Source of the DNA: an uncultured Deinococcaceae bacterium
GTDB lineage: Bacteria > Deinococcota > Deinococci > Deinococcales > Deinococcaceae
Length of the DNA stretch: 16,884 bases
NCBI GenBank assembly: GCA_964252075.1
Contig: CAXULY010000045.1
Span: 24,334-41,217, forward strand
Reading direction: 5' to 3'
This document shows, piece after piece, positions 8,704-14,864 of this stretch; the stretch's first letter is position 1, and every line of letters starts with the position of its first letter. The position numbers were made by a program, and so were the translations under genes. Under the pieces are notes generated by a model. The model saw only the letters and a program-made list of their open reading frames with translations. It was not told where the DNA came from and made no database searches.

Positions 8704-10446
8704 TCAGGACCCCTTGAGGGGAAGCTGCAGGTAAGACGCGCGCGTCCCGCCGGTGTGAATGACGTGCCGTCCACGGTTGGCGGGGCTGTACTCACGGTTT
8801 CCAGGCATCATCGTGCCCAACAGGTTTCGCCCACTGATGATGAAGCGCAGTTGCTCGCCCGGCTGGAACGCCAGGCCGATCGGCATCAGCTCGATCTCGA
8901 CATCCACCACCTCGCCTGGGGTGAGCTTCTCAATCCGGTCGAAGGTGTGGACCGGAACGGCATCTGTGGACAAGGAATCGTCCAGGTGCCGCATGGACAC
9001 CCGCAAGCGACCGTCCGCCCCCTTGTACCGCAGGATCGATGCGCCCCGTTCGGTCAGGTCATGAATCAGCGCGCTGTGGTTCGGGGCCGTGAACTGCTGC
9101 AGCGGCGTCCCGTGGGCGTCCAGCTTCTGAATGAGGACGAACAGGTCCATGTCGTCGGCCCCCTGCGCCTCCACCCACAGCCGCGCCTTGGGGTAGCCGA
9201 TCAGTTCGGTCTCCCGATCGAAGCGGACGGTGAACGAGACCAGGCCGGAGGTCCCTTCCGCATCGTAGGCGGCCGCGGCGTCCGCCATGGGCGTTTGGGT
9301 GCCGAGGGTGCGGGTCCGGGCGTCCAGGTGGTACTTCGTGTCGACGACGCCTTCGGGTGGGAACTGGCCCGCGGGTTGATGGATGCGGTCGCCCCCCTGC
9401 AGGTCGAGCACGCTGTACCGTACCGTCGGTGTTTGCTCCCACCCGTTGTCCACGCCCTTGAGGTAGTGATCGAAGAAGCGGCGCAGGTCCTCGACGTTCG
9501 CCTCGTCGTAGTAATCGGGCCATTCCTGGGTGTTGTGGATGCGCAGCCACTTCTCCGCGGACGCCATCCGCCGCCACGCCCGGAACGTGCCGGCGGTGTG
9601 CAGGGTGTTGGAGTAGCTCGCGACGACGTACGCGGGCACGGTGATGCGCTCGAACTGAGGGATCTTGTGCGCCCAGAGGTCATTCATCAGCGGATACCGC
9701 TCGGCCTCCGCGAGGATGTCTTCCTTCTGGCCCAGGCCCCAGAAGCTGAAGTCCCGCAGCTGCTGGGCGAAACCGGTGTCAGGCATCCCACCGCGCCGCA
9801 CCAGGTCGCGGTAGACGTCACTCACGCCTTCCCACGGGTTGATCGCGGCGAGGTGGGGGGGCTGCTCCGCGGCGGTGAACCACTGCGAGACGGCCAGGTA
9901 GGAGGTGCCGCTCATGGCGACCTTGCCGGTGCACCAGTCCTGCACGGCCAGCCACTCGATCAGGTCGAAGCAGTCCCGGCCCTCCTGGCGGTCCCACAGG
10001 ACGCTGTCTCCTTCGGAGTGGGCGACGCCGCGGACGTCCGGGTTGCAGATGGCGTATCCGTGCGCGCACCAGTAGGCGGGGTCGGGGGCCTCGAATTTCG
10101 CGAGGCCGGACACCACGTTGTTGTTTAGGCCTACCAGGCCGAACACGCCCATCACGCTCGTCGACGTTCCCTGGCCTTTGCCATATGGACTCCACGCCAC
10201 GATGACCGGCACCTTCTCGGTGCCGATGGGCCGAAGCACATCAACGTAGATGGTCACGCCATCCCGCAGGGTGACCGCGACGTCCTTTTCCAGCACGATG
10301 TCGACGGGCAGCGGCCGGAAGGGCGGCGCGATCTGGAAGCCGGCGGGTAGGACGCGTGTGCCGGGTTCAAAGCCGCTCAGCAGGCCGTAGCGGTCGCCGG
10401 GTTCGAGGGGGCAAGACGGCATGAAGATCTTTTCGACTGGGTGCAT
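8704..10446 (-). CDS. CocE/NonD-family alpha/beta serine hydrolase (peptidase S15/PepX-like), 580 aa
   Basis: LRDGVTIYVDV, WSPYGK, DVRG..HSEG, GKVAMSGTSYLA (GxSY nucleophile), C-terminal IHTGG..SYLQLP; AGGAG RBS. Confidence 0.95.
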   Translation of the reverse strand: MHPVEKIFMPSCPLEPGDRYGLLSGFEPGTRVLPAGFQIAPPFRPLPVDIVLEKDVAVTLRDGVTIYVDVLRPIGTEKVPVIVAWSPYGKGQGTSTSVMGVFGLVGLNNNVVSGLAKFEAPDPAYWCAHGYAICNPDVRGVAHSEGDSVLWDRQEGRDCFDLIEWLAVQDWCTGKVAMSGTSYLAVSQWFTAAEQPPHLAAINPWEGVSDVYRDLVRRGGMPDTGFAQQLRDFSFWGLGQKEDILAEAERYPLMNDLWAHKIPQFERITVPAYVVASYSNTLHTAGTFRAWRRMASAEKWLRIHNTQEWPDYYDEANVEDLRRFFDHYLKGVDNGWEQTPTVRYSVLDLQGGDRIHQPAGQFPPEGVVDTKYHLDARTRTLGTQTPMADAAAAYDAEGTSGLVSFTVRFDRETELIGYPKARLWVEAQGADDMDLFVLIQKLDAHGTPLQQFTAPNHSALIHDLTERGASILRYKGADGRLRVSMRHLDDSLSTDAVPVHTFDRIEKLTPGEVVDVEIELMPIGLAFQPGEQLRFIISGRNLLGTMMPGNREYSPANRGRHVIHTGGTRASYLQLPLKGS

Positions 10447-10628
10447 GGGGACTCCTGTGTCTGCGGGCCGTGTCCGTGATCAGGGCGTCATCGGTTGCTC
10501 AAACCACCGGGCCTCGACGTCAAGGCCGATCCTGGATGCAGCCCCGCGCTGGGAACACCCAGCTGCATGGGGCAGACGATGTGGGTCTGTGTGGTCCCTG
10601 TGGGGTGCACGGGGCACACCTGTGATTG

Positions 10629-10657
10629 AGCGTACAAGGGTCCACAAAATAAATCAA
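10629..10657 (-). promoter_or_regulatory. sigma70-type promoter for the CocE operon
   Basis: TTGATT (10657-10652), 17 nt spacer, TACGCT (10634-10629). Confidence 0.7.
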
Positions 10658-10667
10658 CACCTGTTTA
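10654..10667. promoter_or_regulatory. putative TetR operator, copy 1
   Basis: TCAACACCTGTTTA, one mismatch to the perfect palindrome at 11664; overlaps the -35 box; related CACACCTGTG at 10615-10624 near the predicted TSS. Confidence 0.7.
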
Positions 10668-10695
10668 TATTATGGAAGCGGCCGAGGATGGAGTC

Positions 10696-10860
10696 ATGAC
10701 GCGCGGCGGTGACCCCAGCACACCCACAGCCTGCCGGGGGCGCCGCCCAGGATCGAGCGGCACCCGACAGGCCATCCTCGACGCCACCCGCACCCGCTTC
10801 GCCGAAGACGGCCACGCCGCCCTGGTCATGCAGTTCATCGGCAGCAAGGAAGAGCCCGGC
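10696..10860 (+). pseudogene. TetR-family regulator remnant, paralog of 11017-11631
   Basis: RGRRPGSSGTRQAILDATRTRFAEDGH/AALVMQFIGSKEE aligns with RGRRPGVSTTRQDVLNAARSQFATHGF...ASLVMQFFHSKTE; lacks the TTIRGVALEAGVD HTH helix and the whole C-terminal domain. Confidence 0.85.
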
Positions 10861-10901
10861 GCTGCCGTCGTGGATCAACACCTGGCCAGGATGAGGAAGC
10901 G

Positions 10902-11021
10902 GCGGTGGTGGCGGTGGGCCGTCGATGACGGCGGTGCTGGCTGGGCAGGGCACACCGACGCTCAAGTGGCCGTCTGCCTTCACGCGGCCACCGACCTGAC
11001 GTGACCTTCCTCCACTTCAGT
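10902..11021 (+). repeat. 120-bp inverted repeat, copy A
   Basis: Ungapped manual alignment to the reverse complement of 13129-13248, 14 mismatches by hand count. Confidence 0.9.
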
Positions 11022-11631
11022 CGTGGGCGCTGATGACGGCCTGAATGGCTGGGGCCACAATCCGGATGAGGTGCTCCCGTCCGGCTTCCGCCAGGGTGGG
11101 GACTTTGAGAAGGCAGCGGCTCAGCACGAGCCCCACGAGCATCGAGGCCACCACTCCGGCCCGCAGAAGCGAATCGGTCGGCGCACCCTTCTGGGAACGA
11201 AAACCCTCGACCAGTCGGGCTTCGATGAAATCACGCAGTTGTTCGCGCGCCAGGTCATTGACGACCGCGCTGCGCAGCATCGTGATCAGCGGCTCCGAGT
11301 CGGACGGCGCACCTTCCCAGAGGTCCAGGAACGTCTCGACGAGGTGCGCTCCTCGATGCTCCTCAGCGCCTTGAAAGGCCTGAGCGAGCCGGTTCAGGAC
11401 CCTTGGTGGCAGCGCCATGACCGCTGCGAACAACTCGGTTTTCGAATGAAAGAATTGCATCACCAGTGACGCGTCAACGCCAGCTTCCAGCGCAACGCCG
11501 CGGATCGTGGTGGCGGCGAACCCGTGGGTGGCAAATTGGCTGCGGGCGGCGTTCAGCACGTCCTGTCGGGTCGTGCTGACGCCCGGACGTCGCCCACGAC
11601 CCAGCTGCGGCTCCTGTGGACCATCGTTCAT
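11017..11631 (-). CDS. TetR/AcrR-family transcriptional regulator, 204 aa, leaderless
   Basis: HTH GFAATTIRGVALEAGVDASLVMQFFHSKTELF; ATG at 11631 lies 7 nt after TACGCT. Confidence 0.93.
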   Translation of the reverse strand: MNDGPQEPQLGRGRRPGVSTTRQDVLNAARSQFATHGFAATTIRGVALEAGVDASLVMQFFHSKTELFAAVMALPPRVLNRLAQAFQGAEEHRGAHLVETFLDLWEGAPSDSEPLITMLRSAVVNDLAREQLRDFIEARLVEGFRSQKGAPTDSLLRAGVVASMLVGLVLSRCLLKVPTLAEAGREHLIRIVAPAIQAVISAHD

Positions 11632-11638
11632 GGGACTC

Positions 11639-11667
11639 AGCGTATCGCTGACGTCGTTGAATCTCAA
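11639..11667 (-). promoter_or_regulatory. promoter of the tetR-family gene
   Basis: TTGAGA (11667-11662), 17 nt spacer, TACGCT (11644-11639). Confidence 0.75.
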
Positions 11668-11677
11668 CACCTGTTGA
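11664..11677. promoter_or_regulatory. putative TetR operator, copy 2
   Basis: Perfect palindrome TCAACA-CC-TGTTGA overlapping both divergent -35 boxes. Confidence 0.75.
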
Positions 11678-11702
11678 CATCTGGAAGTGTTCAGCATTCA
11701 AT
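11674..11702 (+). promoter_or_regulatory. divergent promoter for the cocE remnant and downstream gene (imperfect -10)
   Basis: TTGACA (11674-11679), 17 nt spacer, TTCAAT (11697-11702). Confidence 0.5.
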
Positions 11703-11803
11703 GGTGCCAGGCGACATCCGCACCCGCACCGACCGCCCCTTCGCCCCCGTCCTTTCGTGGCCAGCGCGCCCACCGAACCGCACACACCTCCCGAGGATCA
11801 AAG

Positions 11804-12378
11804 ATGAGTCAGGAAAAGATCTTCATGCCGTCCCAGCCTGCGCAGCCGGGCAACCCCATGTGCGGCGTCCTCAGCGACCACCATCCTGGCACGCGCACCC
11901 TGACCGCAGGGTTCCGAACCACCCTTCCGAGACCTCCCCTCGCCCATCGTGCTGGATGAGGATGTGCCCATTCCCCTGCGCGACGGCGTCTTCACCGACG
12001 TGCACGTCATGCCTGGGCACAGCAGCTGACCGAGCGCGGTGCGCCAAGCCCGCGGTCCAAGGGCTGAGATGGTCGCCTGCGCGTATCAATGCGGCACCTG
12101 GACGCTGCCCGGTCGACCGAAGCCGTGCGGCCCACCCGTTGGACCGGAGAGCGGCGCTCACTCCTCATCGGATCGTGGACGTCGAACCCGATCGGACGCC
12201 GATCAGGTGGTCCACTTCTTCCGGTGAGCAACTGCGTTTCGCGATCAGCACTCGGCGGCAGCGGGGCACGATGATGCCCGGCCACCGCGCGGACAGCCCC
12301 ACCACCGCTGAACGCCACATCGTCCACACCGGTGGCGCGCCCGCCTCCTCCCTGCAGTTGCCCCTGCAGCGACGCTGA
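11804..12378 (+). pseudogene. CocE/NonD hydrolase remnant with a large internal deletion, paralog of 8704-10446
   Basis: MSQEKIFMPS...PGTRTL..GF...IVLDEDV..PLRDGV joined to LTERGA...DGRLRVSMRHLD...GEQLRF.IS...GTMMPG...HTGG..SSLQLPL; roughly 400 codons including the catalytic Ser are missing; stops and frameshifts. Confidence 0.92.
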
Positions 12379-12391
12379 GAATCGAGACCTC

Positions 12392-13048
12392 ATGAACCAG
12401 ATCGACACCAAGCCGTGGGTTCGACGTCAGGGCGACCCGGACGACCAGCCCATCCACCACTTCGAGCTGACTTCGGCACGCCGGGCCTTGCGGCTGCTGA
12501 AATCGAAGCTCGGACGCGAACGCCTGCTCGCCCTGTTGAACGACGAGATCGCTGAAGCGGACGCCTTCATGCATCAGGCGCTGGACCGTTCCGCTGGCCT
12601 GCAAGCCAGCGGAACGGTCCAGTTGCGCGCACACGGGATTTCCGCAGCGGCGTTCGGTCGCTGGCTGGCCATTTCCTTCGACCGTGAGGACGTGATGCTC
12701 GCCGCCCACCCCGAGCACTACATCGTCCATCATGTTCCCGGTCGTCCCCACATCGTCGAAACCCTCGGCGAGTACGTCTGCTCGTTCTACATGGCGGAGT
12801 GGAGGGAAAGTGAGGAGCCGCCTTCGCCGGGAGCCGCCACGCACGGCCGCCGTTCTGCTTTGACGCTCGCGGACGGCACCGTCTTCGGTTGGGTGTCCAC
12901 CCTGTTCGAAGAGGTGCCAGACGGCTTCATCGCCACGCTGACGGTCACCTTGCCGTCTTCATGCGCTCCGGAATGGGTGGACCAGCACCTCGAGCACTTC
13001 GCGGTTGAGTTCCACTCCTGGATCCTGGCGGCGGCCGAACAGCGCTGA
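12392..13048 (+). CDS. hypothetical protein, 218 aa; possible PhlG/phloretin-hydrolase-like metal-dependent hydrolase
   Basis: Clean ORF with GC3-rich codons; motifs AAHPEHY, HIVETLG, HLEHFAVEFHSW. The ORF is well supported, the function is inferred. Confidence 0.8.
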   Translation: MNQIDTKPWVRRQGDPDDQPIHHFELTSARRALRLLKSKLGRERLLALLNDEIAEADAFMHQALDRSAGLQASGTVQLRAHGISAAAFGRWLAISFDREDVMLAAHPEHYIVHHVPGRPHIVETLGEYVCSFYMAEWRESEEPPSPGAATHGRRSALTLADGTVFGWVSTLFEEVPDGFIATLTVTLPSSCAPEWVDQHLEHFAVEFHSWILAAAEQR

Positions 13049-13128
13049 ACTCATGGGATTCGACCGTCTCTTCGCTGCCCACACGAGTCAACCTCGTCAC
13101 CTGAAGCGGTGTCAGGGCGGTTCCGGGC

Positions 13129-13248
13129 ACTGAGGTGGAGGAAGGTCGGATCAGGTCGGTGGCCGCGAGAACGCAGACGGCCATTTGAACGGCGGTGTGC
13201 CCTGCCCATCCGGCACCGCCGTCATCGAAGGCCCGCCGCCACCCCCGC
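13129..13248 (-). repeat. 120-bp inverted repeat, copy B
   Basis: Reverse complement matches 10902-11021 at about 88%. Confidence 0.9.
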
Positions 13249-13256
13249 GAAGAAGC

Positions 13257-13289
13257 GCCCTGGGCCCAAAGCCCTTTGGGGCCCAGGGC
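13257..13289. other. strong GC-rich hairpin
   Basis: GCCCTGGGCCCAAAG-CC-CTTT(G)GGGCCCAGGGC; no U-tract. Confidence 0.7.
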
Positions 13290-13569
13290 AGGAAGGCCAC
13301 CGGGGTTTTGAACACGTCGCGCTGCTGGCGGGCGATGTCCAGCTCGCGTGGCGACCGCTTGATCTGGGCCTGGCCGGGGGTCAGCACCTGTGGCCCAGGC
13401 CCGTGAAAGGCGGCTTGACCTCGACCCTTGAATGCCCGTATTCAGCGGGGTAGGGCGGAGTGACGGAGCCTCAGGTGCTGCGCGACCTGCAGCACACTTC
13501 GGTCTGGCGCTCGGGCCGGCGGCGCCGCCTCCTGTCTGGTTTCCTTGCTGTCCCCTTGCGCTCTCCCAT
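13290..13569 (-). mobile_element. IS3-family transposase orfA remnant; no orfB
   Basis: MGERK/.SKE.RQEA...AR.PDRSVLQVAQHL....SAL.R*IR.F....QAAF.G.G.QVLTPGQAQIKR..RELDIARQQRDVFK..VAF matches the IS3 OrfA HTH plus leucine-zipper pattern; one frameshift and one stop. Confidence 0.8.
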
Positions 13570-13680
13570 CCCCCACCTCGCGCGGATGGTCGAGGCGTTG
13601 CTTCAGGTCCGCCACATCGGCTCATCCCCACGCTGAAGCGGCCGCGGATTCGAGCCGTGTGGGGTGAAGTCGGCGCCGTT

Positions 13681-14643
13681 TCAGCGCAGCTGCGCTGGCC
13701 GTTCATGATCGGGGAAGGTGTAATGCAGGCGCATCAGCAGATCCTGAGGGTGGTTGCCGAATTTACGGCCGAACAGGTTCAAACCGCCCACGTTCTTCGC
13801 GTCCGGCTGCACACCGAGCCGGACGCTGACGTGCGTGCGGTCTGGCTGGTCCAGGTCGTGAATTCGAACGTCGGACAGGCGCTCGTCATCCAGGAAGGTG
13901 CCCTGCTCCGTGACGCGCCAGCACTTCAGGAGGCCGTAGGTGGTCTGCTGCAGGCTCCACCAGGCGGGGGTCAGCCGTCCAGGGGCGCCACCGAAATCAC
14001 CGGGGCTGGTCCACGTGCCGATCTCCACATCGTTGATCCAGAGGGTGATGTCCGAAGGCCAGTCCGGGTCGTGATCCGGCGCTTCGGAGCAGAGCTCGGC
14101 GGACAATTCGATGGCCGTGAGCCGACTGCCGTACGGCACATTGTTGGGAAACGCGTATTCAACCGAGCCGCTCCTGAACCACAGAATCTGGGCGAAGACG
14201 TGGTCCGGCTCGAAGAAACTGCGGGGGTCGTCAATCGCACCGATGTAGCGGGTGTCGGACGCCAGGCCGCAGGTCGGCAGGGCGTCCACGTTGCGGTAGT
14301 TCCCGATCGGCATGCGGAGCTCCACGACGTTCTGTACCGCCTGGACCGTCACGCCCGGCAACTTCACCCGCACTTCGTCGTACCGTTTGGCCACCAGCTT
14401 CTGGGTGCCGTGCGTGCCGGGCACGTATTCCACGTGCAGCAGTCCCGCTTCGACGAGTTGCTTGATGTTGAGGCTCACGGTGGAGTGTGGCAGGTCCAGC
14501 GCCGCGGTCAACTCCGCGACGTTCATGGCGTTGTGGGACAGGAGGCTGAGGATCAGCACGCGGGTGTCGGAGCTGAGCACCCGAAACAGGCGCGTGGCGC
14601 CTTCCGCTTCCACTTCGAGAATTCGTGTTCCTGATACGGCCAT
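13681..14643 (-). CDS. ArsR-type HTH transcriptional regulator with large C-terminal domain (COG4189-like), 320 aa
   Basis: LSSDTRVLIL.LL...MNVAEL...L.LP.STVS.NIK.L.EAGLL; PTCGLAS, ELCSEAP, WPSDIT, WTSPGDFGG, YGLLK motifs. Confidence 0.9.
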   Translation of the reverse strand: MAVSGTRILEVEAEGATRLFRVLSSDTRVLILSLLSHNAMNVAELTAALDLPHSTVSLNIKQLVEAGLLHVEYVPGTHGTQKLVAKRYDEVRVKLPGVTVQAVQNVVELRMPIGNYRNVDALPTCGLASDTRYIGAIDDPRSFFEPDHVFAQILWFRSGSVEYAFPNNVPYGSRLTAIELSAELCSEAPDHDPDWPSDITLWINDVEIGTWTSPGDFGGAPGRLTPAWWSLQQTTYGLLKCWRVTEQGTFLDDERLSDVRIHDLDQPDRTHVSVRLGVQPDAKNVGGLNLFGRKFGNHPQDLLMRLHYTFPDHERPAQLR

Positions 14644-14652
14644 TCCGCCCCC

Positions 14653-14753
14653 TTTGGGTCCATTTTATTGTTGAACGCGATGGAAAAGGGCGTGACGCTG
14701 AGGACTGCCCGGGGGTCAGGCCACAAGCGTCCTTTTGGGTCCACTTCAGTTGA
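14653..14753. promoter_or_regulatory. direct-repeat pair, candidate binding sites of the adjacent regulator
   Basis: TTTGGGTCCATTT (14653-14665) and TTTGGGTCCACTT (14734-14746), each followed shortly by GTTGA. Confidence 0.55.
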
Positions 14754-14778
14754 CATAAGTCCATCCAAATTGTAGGCT
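14750..14778 (+). promoter_or_regulatory. sigma70-type promoter of the GH2/ABC operon
   Basis: TTGACA (14750-14755), 17 nt spacer, TAGGCT (14773-14778). Confidence 0.8.
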
Positions 14779-14864
14779 CGTCGTGTTCAAACAGGTTGCG
14801 AAGCTTGCGTTTCTTTCACACGAGCGAGGGCCGCCGCGAGGGCGGCGCACCTCACAGGAGGGTC

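Noticed and set aside
10861..10890. VVDQHL resembling WVDQHL of the 12392 protein
   Set aside because: Only about 5 residues; similarity does not extend
14742..14758. Resemblance to the Deinococcus radiation/desiccation response motif (TTATGTCAA on the minus strand)
   Set aside because: Only one half-site matches; explained by the TTGACA -35 box
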